DNA of 64,000 nucleotides from an uncultured Planctomycetia bacterium (GTDB lineage Bacteria; Omnitrophota; Gorgyraeia; 2-02-FULL-51-18): NCBI GenBank assembly GCA_964642015.1, contig CAZXLF010000004.1, positions 20,738 to 84,737 of the forward strand, read 5' to 3'. Shown piece by piece: positions 59,401 to 60,123 of this stretch (position 1 is its first letter; each line of letters starts with the position of its first letter). The notes under the pieces were generated by a model. It saw only the letters and a program-made list of their open reading frames with translations, ran no database searches and was not told where the DNA came from. The position numbers and the translations under genes were made by a program.

Positions 59401-60123
59401 AACATCAAAATATTCAGCAAGAGAGATATCGCCTTTTAAAAAAGTTCCGCGCTCTTGATCAAAAAGCTGAAGCGAGGGATTATAGATCTTGGACTTCAAT
59501 GTACTGACCGCACGCGAGATCTTATCAAGATAGGCGTTTAGATACTCGCGTTTATTTCTCAAGAAACGGTAATCTTCAAGGCCTTTGAAATAAAGCGCTT
59601 TATCCTCAACGCCCCAAAGCGTGAAATTTTTATCGGAAACGAGGTTCAGATAATCAGGGCCTTGGATATAGCCCTTTTTCAAAAAAGAGCGGGCAACCTC
59701 TTCCCTTTTGGCCTGAGAAGCATATTGTCTTAAAAAATTCAGCGAATCATCACCGGTGCCGGCTTCCAAGAACACATATTTGACGGATTCTTTTTGGAAA
59801 ATATAATCAAGCGCTTTGGCGATATTCTTCTGAGCGGACTCATTAATATGGGCGTCCTGGATCAGGACAATGGTCTTAGATCTTCCGGAGGCAGGATAGG
59901 TTTCATCGATCAATGCGATCGATCGAGGGATCTTTAGTTCATTTAGAAATCTGGGTCCAAAAGTAAGATCGAGCGATTTAAGGTCGGGATTTGCGTAGGA
60001 TAATTCTTGGAATAAGAAACAGATAACAAGAGCGGTAGAGATGGATCGTACAAGCAGGCCATGGCTACTCTTATCTCTTTTTAAAAGACTAACTATTGAA
60101 GATAATATATAGCCTTGCTTCAA
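26413..60123 (-). CDS. giant multidomain protein (11,236 aa; TTG start). It is membrane-anchored and carries SecA-like, GDH-like, kinase-like, hydrolase, GNAT, NTase and AceK-like modules separated by recurring GARL[A/S/T] junction motifs.
   Basis: A single 33,711-nt frame on the reverse strand has no stop codon. Recognizable protein motifs are found along its entire length (see the sub-features). An SD-like AGGGGGA sits 3 nt upstream of the TTG. A 144-nt AT-rich region lies upstream. Confidence 0.85.
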   Translation of the reverse strand: MKQGYILSSIVSLLKRDKSSHGLLVRSISTALVICFLFQELSYANPDLKSLDLTFGPRFLNELKIPRSIALIDETYPASGRSKTIVLIQDAHINESAQKNIAKALDYIFQKESVKYVFLEAGTGDDSLNFLRQYASQAKREEVARSFLKKGYIQGPDYLNLVSDKNFTLWGVEDKALYFKGLEDYRFLRNKREYLNAYLDKISRAVSTLKSKIYNPSLQLFDQERGTFLKGDISLAEYFDVLNDEARKMGLNVVESFPYLAALKKIKEKEAAIDFSKANEEQIKAFSSLSQTDQVELTEQNLKGLNNPFAIDAFQHKEAKAFYALLEEKLKNAHEYPELFKYFDYLKEAEKVNPEKVIIEKENLESLIYESLARTADEKRLHQVDGCCEILKRLFNLNLTTQDFGALDQDPQSFNIIQISGFLNKKIMDLASHYEDALFLDAGYDEAFQKATEFYALTRQRDEAFLKNLFKKMDEEKIEKAVLVAGGYHTEHLKSLLKERNVSYVSIVPQVLQETNIKKYEDILLNQPDSTKSASTEHPRDQWGVLPAAEATALVDGVRLNVVEMLKNEFGALNLKPTGARFAENPPLSNLESAEDQLSAALVAFKRSGVQVTAPIAAELETLRHQLQELIDDYEEHRATESMYDDMAQGIHYQVNFIVERLMTDEYAHALKKEHLVLIGDDGYLRKALDQLNSFLQRNGARLAESAEPIENLVAHLERAKATGEVRAIAVSDNSVTYKFGDLGETFEIGSQEKPFLIIRGPNTGSNNGHYIYYNAEQLKENLNYRHILQLLDDIHRANPLDLAVLHSITPDRLSPVKELEPTHELRTRVYIHEWSTAQIPEKAGFVELVYRDLNDLRNFFANEEALSRLHKLQKDFNVHFYLLPRQEDLNRAAFQDIKRLLENRDIQITPFSEQQLRDLLTLAETTQDRSQSENGASAGQSGARLTETQWTAEKLVISLVRQSAVVGTLFQPNLILITLSFEEALSQALKNEWIDLVDVTHKAIRAVPSVDQHMKTVPIRTYALTQKGFEFASNRIIAQGTRLANGQVTVDAEKIYNRNPHFLEAVNYLNSLLVRTNADQKIQDITWPEIVTLYEKLRGDDTNPDYLQSNQRQLRMAWPYNSLVYLVNETSKEPDRAPNMAAELYAYIAAYQIFFRRPGFNQIIESSGNDTLSNAASGHHRLAWLLANFLLIRNGYEPFYFENEAELKTVERRLEDRIKPGDEEFLKQIIIRRSHQILPVLSGARLAAAESDEELAPPPVIDSQESVNNLIRHYEEYEHSEYLDPSNRSENLYMGISLDRESKNLNSILQNHRVLSAESSVWRPLSDALVHHDATNYRNRPGLIFEIPESVASRFSLSKEAPLNMTRRSWLVFYKKDTERFIFIQVTFPGKGLDIRRFFKQPRSLQQKASYAREILKGAYEEIESILKTRKNATAEIFDVPYITMPILKTWDQLDDLAKDIEAQPQDAKFTDKYFRDKYAYLIHDSRTMIDQVVEQINKDASLSMDDRNLLLRLHGPLSRLARALTNLRGVVDVAEIRSFGNPWPELENGAQTPDQNGEVYWTVNLDRKMDAHKVAFTFYHPRVDNTGNQLPGEWGSYPATFVEAYEDHPSIRFKYRLPKGVNEYTVNAQAGGSEPAWLGYNIIVKNNDFSSGARLAGGEFNKEQLLSQAGKLIDNIRISVDSAAVYLSQARSFLNEKEMRDMLQGNLTLHVGSAFSFMDLVYKLSSRGLVHHYFESIDRINNDIQSVLKTLSEKKTELPATVAFDVFSRSLMNLSHDIHSIQLMTILLPNLFKTLIEIFPDIQGLDTFALVKAWIGHADQQLNQAQDHLFQLQGKSLTLDLVIKFERYLGARLARNTVKRVFLISISVFVLAAGGAYWWLSHGGFEQLIIWRATATIAHEEENASPFNPFDTFEKQLAHQKKAAQFLISHVNKRSEIEQKGSINIGENYAFLKKDVEDMNQAEFVAFGRLPQGIAVVVKRRPDSDVYYLYRFDDQTNEVTESTVKLGLFNVDLPNETNTKVYSSGNPLLVSRLELMVKAGRLFNSPTSKEKLKQRLLNDIQSIQNQLDRLVAKNEGARLAKNAPRKISEEHLTQDGISVLSKKLKADIAREMKTGHAAPEKVFLAPAEKEDVQRIIQKAKTYEKALHGQTDKALLDKGVALRAIWRGKEPDEDGLAEAIALFSERTSRITSPHTRFLLKLPEKISATVILKEGKIVYSDLPKNYSVTVQNGGESLDLRGPDMNEVKFDSKKESFSHDPNVNSLIAAHIGGSPTENQIAAAILLLKNHQLVIMPTSEGKTLTVALASYLKALNDTKVEVHDWDNGLTARDSQLMSVIMVPLGLRVFAILNKRPFEGTVAKKNGTLHYPHLESVKNGDATTDRFESISKAFHDGDIVCGPFSELTHYWREDWFEARKNKIHPSQPAIFIEEADTPLFGVLNQPQISSEYWGPAHPEIEKFYKTAYQLLEANITPKDYVIKGESVVLTPRKNTELMAAFENLLRTSEPALKSHMGNGKANDFLSHANVAELLQAAMVAYAIYNDDVNYVVKDGLVILRNRITGELENEVRLQLGIQSFIEAKESLKRNEAVRVRLESRPLSLITMAYAYNRFGFVSGVTGVADDLTRGFLIQYYGLKLIDFKRIHEDNRQNWPNRYYLTRDKKINDLVSAVSAIYGTGQPIIVNCQTPKEAKEIVGLLLQLDEQKPFLKTKASVRTVTGLNNKADQQNLHRTGEPFTITIVAQVGTRGYDIKLDESLAAQKEVQVFNENKSVAGLVILSTYRNRLSAVEEQVKARTARRSFPGVFQGMDHLEGNTFLERFVPDELAEFLSVRHERQTGPDASFNAQETEVIDLLFDLAQLRNFQFIVSEYESRKIMYDTMIEDELRLADILHWASEHNVGGATQENASLRKYIDLGSKAIAKVDREGFDAARGEFRKEAQKLEYKFNSDDQAVDAVLAQANKSREEWIRLFNALASQVPQGVNATPGRVVEVSKRYAHPLTERRIILAMSDNKIPYGYAPNTGPSGIMHDDVEWIDYLKTLVDQIRHERSKPDYRPTIDEIVQASDNKVNTKFIWRLFNRLKPAGITYSSVGMRGVQAAEIVERVREIARKIAVEKGDPNYRPTPVEIEEASEGEITTGSLSTLLYRYRAKGVHIDPEEDLGIRMAKAPEQWVVDIQRITAQLVSEKNDPGYLPSVREVAEASSGRITVKNIYTLVNGPYGRAHSVTYAVLGIRDPRRYDAMAKQVKAISENIATAHGEAEYKPTLQEVADASQGTFTVTALYDLLANSNFDYEDLGVRKQRVSVEKQYVGRFDHWLHAVANRFSDLPFTRRALYEQGISPSFRWFERTGKQNLTAAVQSDPLTGEDRYVLTEEGKRIAASFPRAVNVPPTFSENFKRLLVWMRQQHGEGVFTLQDLNTAPFLAGVGERGIESLLKRARAELFVRIEQARDRKKADRSSNLYVLTLEGREFAKIFEGEISSSAGARLASGSAPNQPNPNGRSQESWMVQYFSKLRMYSRLLMFGLTSTPYEKIRFKTNGMSPYNNNVINAVLFFGSFGLARRRYAVGIRQLTENDDWKEYEIISLPAIKPANESTRSLTARFEAGFDFISYLYPNLYFEWNLQTYRQIESIIRRLDKALIVDDLNQYSIRFNENEPLTRLTAEEEALYLRAKRNVDYLIERYFPPDARKTLMIMGVFTQTDLLGPTLSTAYQAGIVRNSQLRRLTYIPVPYFAKLNMENEVEAKIAGSVLRYSLEWHNYHDLLMRQGLQPNEIQKRLDDFDRNWEAKKPDELKVPYFRWLFWKKQIPLLISEEWKLFKLRSELRRDFKKLEKDIASDETLRTDRVRIVDLDKQASALVNRALAFGDFMLAIRINRDINKLLSELRGVDSGMIITHRYLVFLKTLLRETRYNEFIKALYDLRHGMLPLAKGRKVLLSADEQALFVNGLARGDHFRDWMEEMLELHEISTDHLENKKVIRQVRSEALRIYDELDRSVNPPRIFQAPSNGARLAARKSPHFEVQRIDKIVRHFPEKGSDQYVLIDALLSALYGGDVFYISINDRQGVEQEMHHVRIERGLLDLLSDIQLKKNDLTHLFPPGYRKRVVPNQQGRGFLSVRDTQETILLINEARGKLNELGIREENFAALKLDPRYQNPFLHTFLGESSVTRGATPAQSRIEKAIDVGNFSKDDDAYIRSFYNHFQPEIKINILGTDVHPLFIRDVHNIARGPGKGGIRFIYAWMLGSDEGFMELFNQFRARMNIYELRYFLRKWVREETQALAVGMTIKSAAAKLPYGGAKGVILFADVEQENGSFVIRDYSQGLDRETSGRLRADFIRRFIQALFEAGRVGPRTDIPAPDMGSTAADMDIMTDEYLKLHIQKARETPMPDGKRTEFQAYPRDLQQLLDQVESDYRSKRMQAMTQTPYLTVVAKYFTSLRQTGYPVQENSVLGQLAISLATFTSKTLLVKKDVTGAEVIDVDHAGSHFRPESTGFGVEHVLKTIVGLELGWNRLEGMTAKMEGLGGVGIPAALEAIKDGIKLQAIAEMSGIIYLESGFNQKDIETLLRLKAAPNGFASLNSKPEYTIHNARLLNSRDEFLDLKTFIMYANAKENSITKENVQKLNADIVIEGANGAISNEAYEKLLQAGSIVIPDSIANAGGVTVSFYEWQQNLFNERWPREIVIEKLKDSLTNAVNNVDDVRKQYDTDWRTAADILALKSVLFARDQASQVSNGNAEDKSGARLASERLKDEQKLRILTPIVAEMKAASIPIDPKSLSERSGLTMSQVYSLKPASLEALGIQWTQPIDIMRKSLEKKHSSGYQMRLEAARSAIIYLLTTQPTEEINMGNLARTITIQASDKVSQTELWRWFEVHKDRPEVRDMMVMIEKTQRYNRIRAIITSVPADQQVTEEMVLKGLGLADSKQSRARYFSWKSKHQFDLAQFVAEERAKPHTAKEVSPQPSAALTEKRPKKLEPVAVPDPAKILRQNVNALRRIDDRAEFMDRARSLTADAEQLGIGEAIKREIGVIAKSKLPVFMKTVNERIRARKEQQGARLAGQTEIESRIRAVVRRASNFTLNSYKLRNAAGALRQRIRSGQQIRISDLQNLGRAVETVLRWNIRWNQRRALRDLRQELIDIIQIIADLNRSTQMPEQKSVQQVFDFEKDSGARLAMYNEQVSDIRFYRIFGERSSDVLRFLTDSDQMLSVVDYGIAAQSKRRAWLAVRSVNEHQLAVRDQSGAIRTFKFYSKEYYGLLYDIPVIGWLAKTWSEFSLKREAEITNVIHQYGLAPKSLLIDTENKIVFLSQEESDGVLLGPDETQTLPPSAPLVQITLPIVRAIGFALGRLHYEAGFVHNDLIGADYSDALNKGAFAFVPRLFLRRDHFYWDGRNIKFIDFGGAKRLTNLRREDEYRDLLLVVKEAAPELARSQVEEVFEGGYLDGSINSLVGGARLAGYKGQENREMTEAVQKELIKAAGAVYSLNTVHLIEDRSLRGSFRYIQDSIIGVKGGLITEGARLANIYKTPRKERMDVRPYFAKIKSLTSSKHYRVARDLRDLGSNIQVVILKGIDFRREKKRHDLLLVFDITDPKNPVVVAWAKADLKGFFRRTMQVDYMKIGVGKEGFMRRAVKLLFDSGTIKEFRSSLGRTLLSERMFKSLEEDGFFVTTEKSRKVVRPGNYRTEKESFILRLKLAFSKHEYVMAHANGIDGATARRVLIEILNRSGFGWYDAWKREWAYHAMVEQNPLVKANMAYIASTYLLSPNRSRRLMRELRELFVSGRQEDYRRSGMNPVILPDQRIPLPEKPDIPGFYVLPENASKDHPVPAVILLHGLTHSKEQPYLNLLEKLLVWTGFAVLRIDLPHHGENGAPMNSSQDLTETVDASLRFLAQDQRIDAKRIGMAGFSFGGYTIFLHLLNSNIKTAAQVIMHTPLIGTFWNPMNIIVMRRELQDIFNGTFWQIVRKMPLLAIPRRDINRLKSLENALIVIGGKDPLIATSDTNLSIRLARTKNAKLIKDDTQGHYYLDGAMVKLFVEVTWHLLERMNPAAAPLLESYRQDPLRLVAENFVTGISVSSGARLADSRSRVERARLDDVDEIAELWKNEYMPFLNRPLIGDVKEYRRRLWLFMQGILQENEEVEGEVFVVRNEERKVVGFARTFIDMGNEEGEITQIAVDRNYRQRGLGRKLFEAALESLKKSPNVAYIIVEDLSLDGQTSKIAQTLGFRKEEGQKWKLVLRNPPGARLAQEKFKAFFGNDEPEALMHVARVSDPVDIVNYDFTQLKTVSGRTVYRHQLTLRDKGEIVFYTKLYSPEYSAKRFNEYETTRSAGRYHLAPPIYFLPASGMLLTTLSKGRRLTDSDMKQKSRDLMGAVAFALGRLHALGITHRDLCFENKMKGRIELTNENIFWDEQSNQVSFIDFEYAKADADRSVLRSEYDLIQAAFLGRVPSLNDDQIKAGFARTYGSGMESILGARLSKYDDRFFQENAVALNRLAADAKISVEKLTSELIYAIPVEQWQVLSYYYGISRPVIRDYKKMFEAIKGEGNRYYTSPAQLQLRRYLTVKQLKDVKTGREVLATKIGVESEKITDQVLSQLPERVQILLKNYYGIGTHRVVFRLLASSIGQEVKKKVREYRDKEFNDNSLSHLHRISLQTLRNYLLAGGVGADYLRLPLRLTKNRPPLRDGWYVLAHDIKLKREQLTETRMNILTLRERKAVELFYVLGDEKLSLVQIARQLWDLGYKDARSKGPVSPGNLKRLVAQARQKIHLYPSGIDWLSKEIGVRKDRVIERFGKLSFLEAEVMFMTYGIGGSKQADDATIAYELEHRKILGRFGAVTIDTVRHLRKDAALRLQNQLPAASKPVSESAEFRIRLERIKQSLNQTVPLETLNVEGISSHDRFLSEFDLAIEKAEELVNRGKLDQALSISIEAERLLDEASQIAQNEKRDLAYIASHYKRLSDLQNELVVMLSESTSGARLSEEAEGISDSQWRVLTEKMKKAFVDKDQEAAAYLVKNFGLDQPGYSKALNVRGTVILFRLETNKADKRRIIVPKPGLPGQGPVILRFSQDAKGFLWVHIFDSSTQSMAYKAFYYSKDKGFIIGNSHVHLKLATLKIQDVPVLDGAVKVERQQNQTANFYAFRIGDRTVNFHRPMELRSEEVTKGADTAFIYIRQREEGIKKEIYAYGFLSPDETDVKQAVGKWKWNTRTKRYDPIYFLVPGTMIWFYKNLVDGKAAQPYFHKVKLDDKGEALLTRGIALRLGDEFRAKLDEIPSEVIIVNSQAEVSRIDIYRTKDDDANRGKFTSKEKENRAFISSKYYNPETHELERPWEEATRRFRSFAVSKAKQQSVLEVSSRSRRQDSVPTHVLNDRNGQRVHVGTPLSYHEKPLLIRFVNVEHDSIPRPGLEIVVLDNSFMPQAILRRGYETAEGNFEWVGSTSLAELTPSQKTKYEKELRSLGYLPKPEEEKNLDEPASASVSSQDYLEPLKAFQSIIPVLREAIEVQDVKKADQLIIEAKAYLYRAHDLVLDARENTVVIASNYQQLDELEWFLAEMKHIVETGPQANGARLAETNPTLNLSAVVQNSGLLEKGQRIKIEISFKNDSKTFETEGVFFRYEVRAIGSEKYGVIILDNGIQVPLRGLGKDFEGAVTLVASGARLAADYRQKNRHVVRALDQSLRSIVAGSHRFIQTGSRGRSTFIDDNADFDFALLFDHDQDIERFWSVYEHNLPLFILKLTESFGNLGYHVDMIQKNEEANALGRMVTIKLKNSAQKPLKIQLTIGKNRTLYSDLFKDQMSQIRKLGGSPHQITDDIVLLKKVLQRIDPYKKRYTGLTGVGAEQLVLQSIIVDDQNSVEENGRKLHGVGSFDSAMRLIYRIGYDPNRKQVISYKTVSGLVASEQLQVAVWKIYDPENGKNIFERINKGDYWRRLVNASRKYVELSGQGQFAGGFKESDLAKLDYELEDALHYFKNENVAFEVTDAHMRFRAFRSFLRRNIPEMQLKGLIGAVSMDRVGLENMEEVGRNHFFLFFNTSKPEELRRFLEEKGLKISKSANVPASGARLSTTEHFSESALYPEWLRLSLEQTMQKMEKIEANEKRVRIALITAGYDAGNVPDIAELKGRLIRFQNNGSALTEVEAWLQEFEAYYRQWADAVDHFDAFKAQKARKIESDAKVYLGVRKVDPARLRNIPAYNQLFATEQQIQQAKEYFKDTEPRLASQLGRLRLYLILGISQTDSPFIGFLKLELPVLIVAMDARNWDTEETVRKSLDEFIKPRLNQYLKSRQFSDSVPSDVKRQIIQASEDLLYTEVAGRLFIVSWYQKRFDDFKRKLVRLVGAPDARFTTPYDRQDLAEFIRDLESISSHKDRDQVTSALYWKELDMLVQYKLIAFFGDISSVSSDLDIFLDLYGLAASLDLKALVVVNYYRVLWRLSQIGKGPDVLSRDEIMGRLTELQEKIQEAGPNGESPEARHQKEALASLTAESRRYVSNYWKYLRGGTHISFVDSFDRKRVEDFTFLHAFKWSRQYLDVRTKLEADVASILRRQANLAIMNETHNPFQTPTIHNYRIPSDFVPGFSGQLFNDTVGARLSSEHEFDQVKYGLVVWISPRIDSAITQILIKQTDNQEIIRDLRSARQNIILAADAIDENDQQKAYDYLKTSWDLLRTRVSSISKTSEADVVSDFAGVFTAWSDVASKSNNKFAYTVRLDVASYWLKEAKYLFTRLQGKPQLVKTENQIDVLAGDIGRSYKQFAVNYRSTLKRSMRLGEWIQQLNELIGNIASDATIGLVNPNARVLLQENGLLYNALAQLQSLDEMTSGARLALLKGEEAKDLFKLRFGAGNQRVFEFLGLTDLENITELSERRIDDAVWEYRIRIEGREGQIVFYIKTYGTGLEEKLKTEFLASHRAYHQGIESIGPRVDRIRLPGDQEAIILDQVDGFSIGTVQITADEVEALGLALGRLHNYGVVHQDLIRKAKRDIFELKKDHIFVHRDANTMPVVSFIDFEHSSIAHAEGKYEEEFQKVRSALGSGLADVFERAYKQVRLEASSKGARLAIDKKIPNSPITVELIRERIPGNSEQVIITIIFNKTDSGRRVKTQIVRASSEPTVETGNILAEKIASSRLNLRSDDDFYRLPVLAGTLSVGARLAEEPLSGPRQRLSLASNYFRTIRILLQHPFIPNETAQVLTNLSLELDKARSWLINLAVNPRDIYRLVQVLNQLTLTELRGNQLRLNLNILSNIFTGLIDGGFEIRLSIAYGKLLVDQIHETRNDIVEHIIAEQGRSGARLAEPGFVKLEPGQLKENIFIPALYDHLLSNLSERFLPAPGVRGKAMIDFVLPSLPYVFKVPRDLSDKKYFIGRNGVLARYTEAEKINHPRFLPTLHITQLPLERDHFSEQLLNELEQFAPNSVFVSGDKVILKDVFVQPYATPLNLYLYDSQISEEKQQQAVIDLGRALEELAQSGYLPRGLELFNYGILPSGRVVYYDHEDGVESLPKEIVSIPVRQGADLYVPDQDWISASPNDFVPEHIILALAPDKYKPVFSETFRTTLLNPQYWKDLRQKFYGARLAANSDEVAKKLLEDYEAYYSRFKWITGRSALRFEKREWNGVLSDANERLRFYRETLNRVEGEVRTLLSDRVKDYDSWQDVKKSYSSLIKGRYDSDLALIFLYSVMRRVFSEENIPIEYLSNGELPDVIEPAGFYRTYEKTAGGTTDQLFHDIFNGLPFKGLFFDLNSDVQLASRKLESKLQSYNIPGEYKVEFFPNIFYRNKGAYLVGRIVTQNGYIALAIPFLNTETGVEADTVLVGEGEVGRLFSYVRSNFHVEAEHHRELAKFLESILPKRSLSDIYSSIGFETLAKTEFRKALNERLEVPGTQFKFAPGTRGRVMEVLAIDHFPYVFKIMKDESEKIDPFRQDHTFTMQQYQKVHDMDRVGRMLDAMSFQNLSIPRTNFPPDLLDYLVRKAPRMVIVNGDVVLLKRVYVQRQVTPFDVFWEAPGRTDEDRKKALIDFGYALKDLAAAGVWTGEFDFKNFGITPSGIVVLYDFDHLKDLPEMNFKSIPPWPSYDPDQLMNLDDWFYVPDSDWFVPDFLETETMKFVPPYLVEAFKQVHADLLKDTYWNGIKEDLKNGVIPDFFPYANTDRLRPSSEQMPAGARLSENPSIPPDIGNLIWQDVYLIDQGLMWMIALMEFAASVIDLTKFPAETLNQRIESYYRLWLERQVPRTQAVTVSSDEVQDSLNVLFNLMRNNVFPITDFVKAHVASIEALLPGIFREPNIVIDRNIASDVLRSLPNALRLVIAHEYFQRTFDILPNDEKRSIEHFTASKITAEAFRILVNQLLHVYELNFGTFEFLSELVSQVLFPVSDISGSWQLSEEGLVFSPSFELSPESVALRESRRVFLRNFSVLRSINQQAINDANKTVSKIQEVLPVKGARLAISKKEEYRLETERLVREILAEGGEPTIINVADRSAAQGGTLTEAVLWRMGQTARKAAGITEGSTGRISKERQSEIIANRLDAIEEALSKIEQEIQAIKNQQPPVYPKIREILSGPRVEVSHPVISRIMKQEMADKALSPDQVWKVLGTKGNERAAQVSATVERLRQEFAELRAGAPRQRAAVQKPRVEKTVSLEPVSVVSALPAAPVISEDELRRQIIGQRDLVIDLVAHDRLHLAEETFSHLLQLEQEHHSLNGVKAESEQVIIKFAAQAVAAAHVGIDIPVSEGTHDLMHAEELLGFGMEFLDRNVVSEIHKDQIASLMIKGNNLVAKGYADRARVIVRGKSASTSPDLFIEAGSLLVSAEKALDGSAKVDRLYPRIGEDLHHLIVRRNDFVHVAVWAEKPVAAERILRGTFVIMRDRAEEEADFSLSGLNGLIRFYLRRSLYRKTGELIAFGHQIIDDYRSLVERNSTAFYEIERDYIDATSGARLAEQKPATVHAIPLASTPTVDFKPGLKQDIHSQLEGFFSGVAFAFPQVDGRKLSLQLNEETNEPYIFTLSRSGAKLIAEAKGISPIELELSKKAVNTQIPQSDKFNSALTIQDLRSMVDAVNNKVDADLEGVANSIDKAVIAEIDLDLMDNPSFQFYLDNLIVEIKKAQTSNYGKNVFFKVSGKDHLVQQALNYPGAKELFITEIPENLKDAAYVKIDVAQKGLTQGFVNMPVNLLAEGEVPAFRALLKVSIYSGRIDLANIPEGFHDAYATLAGERPDTQTLKQILEGKATIETVLHFALKAITKAPIDQTVKFFRLMKKMIEQAA
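29745..31470 (-). other. complete AceK-like unit (regulatory domain plus kinase/phosphatase domain) embedded in the giant protein
   Basis: The regulatory-domain motif FYRNKGAYLVGRIVT aligns with AceK FYRNKAAWLVGKLIT. The kinase domain has FPYVFKIMKD, MDRVGRM, FKNFGITPSGIVVLYDFDH and the C-terminal VHADLLKDTYWNGIKEDLKNG. The AceK comparison is made from memory. Confidence 0.6.
31480..32290 (-). other. AceK-type kinase-domain copy (isocitrate dehydrogenase kinase/phosphatase-like), stand-alone, in the giant protein
   Basis: GKAMIDFVLPSLPYVFKVPRD aligns with AceK VFTLPS(F/L)PYVFKVIKD. LFNYGILPSGRVVYYDHE aligns with AceK [20 protein letters not shown]. Confidence 0.5.
33030..33690 (-). other. 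protein-kinase-like phosphotransferase domain #3 (APH/Kdo-kinase type) in the giant protein
   Basis: IVFYIKTYGTGLEE…, ALGRLHNYGVVHQDL, VSFIDFEHS. The domain architecture is the same as in #1 and #2. Confidence 0.55.
36560..37160 (-). other. Pol-beta-superfamily nucleotidyltransferase domain in the giant protein
   Basis: hG[GS] plus DxD signature: FIQTGSRGRSTFIDDNADFDFALLFDHD. Confidence 0.5.
39560..40650 (-). repeat. four tandem sigma-70 region-4-like helix-turn-helix repeats in the giant protein
   Basis: IPVEQWQVLSYYYGIS…, LPERVQILLKNYYGIGTHRVVFRLL…, LTLRERKAVELFYVLGDEKLSLVQIARQLW…, LSFLEAEVMFMTYGIGGSKQADDATIAYEL…. Each fits L-x-x-x-E-R-x-V-[IL]-x-x-x-[YF]-G-[IL] followed by a recognition helix. 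Confidence 0.45.
40730..41400 (-). other. protein-kinase-like phosphotransferase domain #2 (APH/Kdo-kinase type) in the giant protein
   Basis: IVFYTKLYSPEY…, ALGRLHALGITHRDL, VSFIDFEYA. Confidence 0.55.
41440..41890 (-). other. GNAT N-acetyltransferase domain in the giant protein
   Basis: Motif A ITQIAVDRNYRQRGLGRKLFEAAL (Q/R-x-x-G-x-G/A). Flanked on both sides by GARLA motifs. Confidence 0.7.
41930..42700 (-). other. alpha/beta-hydrolase domain (GxSxG nucleophile GFSFGG) in the giant protein
   Basis: The oxyanion-hole region PAVILLHGLTHS aligns with the HGxxxS motif. The nucleophile elbow is RIGMAGFSFGGY. Confidence 0.7.
43880..44430 (-). other. protein-kinase-like phosphotransferase domain #1 (APH/Kdo-kinase type) in the giant protein
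   Basis: N-lobe …IRTFKFYSKEYYG…, catalytic-loop-like ALGRLHYEAGFVHNDL, and IDFGGA (Brenner-type motif). Confidence 0.55.
46020..47500 (-). other. Glu/Leu/Phe/Val dehydrogenase (GDH)-like domain in the giant protein
   Basis: The N-terminal GDH signature ARGPGKGGIRF aligns with ELFV-dehydrogenase GPxKGGxR. The catalytic-Lys region is LPYGGAKGVI. The Rossmann motif GLGGVGIPAALEAIKDGIKLQAIAEMSGIIY and the IVIEGANGAI…IPDSIANAGGV tail are present. Confidence 0.75.
50230..50990 (-). repeat. four tandem ~65-75-aa protein repeats in the giant protein (consensus D-P-x-Y-x-P-[TS]-x-x-E-[IV]-x-x-A-S-x-G-x-I-T…L…LL), helix-turn-helix-like
   Basis: The four copies are SKPDYRPTIDEIVQASDNKVNTKFIWRLF, GDPNYRPTPVEIEEASEGEITTGSLSTLLYRY, NDPGYLPSVREVAEASSGRITVKNIYTLVNG and GEAEYKPTLQEVADASQGTFTVTALYDLLAN. 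Confidence 0.5.
51660..53330 (-). other. SecA-like DEAD-motor ATPase domain in the giant protein
   Basis: The Walker A region SEGKTLTVALASYLKALNDTKVEV aligns with SecA [24 protein letters not shown]. DEAD-like IFIEEADTPL aligns with LVDEVDSILIDEARTPL. VNYVVKDGLVILRNRITGE aligns with VDYIVKDGEVIIVDEHTGR. NBD2-like GLVILSTYRNRLSAVEEQVKARTARRSFPG aligns with [30 protein letters not shown]. Confidence 0.7.
54465..54530 (-). other. internal transmembrane helix of the giant protein (VFLISISVFVLAAGGAYWWL, residue ~1865), immediately after a GARLA motif
   Basis: 20-aa hydrophobic stretch flanked by charged residues (…NTVKR-VFLISISVFVLAAGGAYWWL-SHGGFE…). Confidence 0.6.
58600..59900 (-). other. possible TraB/GumN/Tiki-like domain in the giant protein (N-terminal motif …VLIQDAHINE…, C-terminal motif AVLVAGGYHTEHL)
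   Basis: Two His-containing motifs about 400 aa apart resemble the GTxH … AGxxH signature of the Tiki/TraB family. Weak call made by eye. Confidence 0.3.
59985..60065 (-). other. N-terminal transmembrane / signal-anchor segment of the giant protein (LLVRSISTALVICFLFQELSYA)
   Basis: Hydrophobic 20-25 aa stretch at residues ~20-45. Confidence 0.55.
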
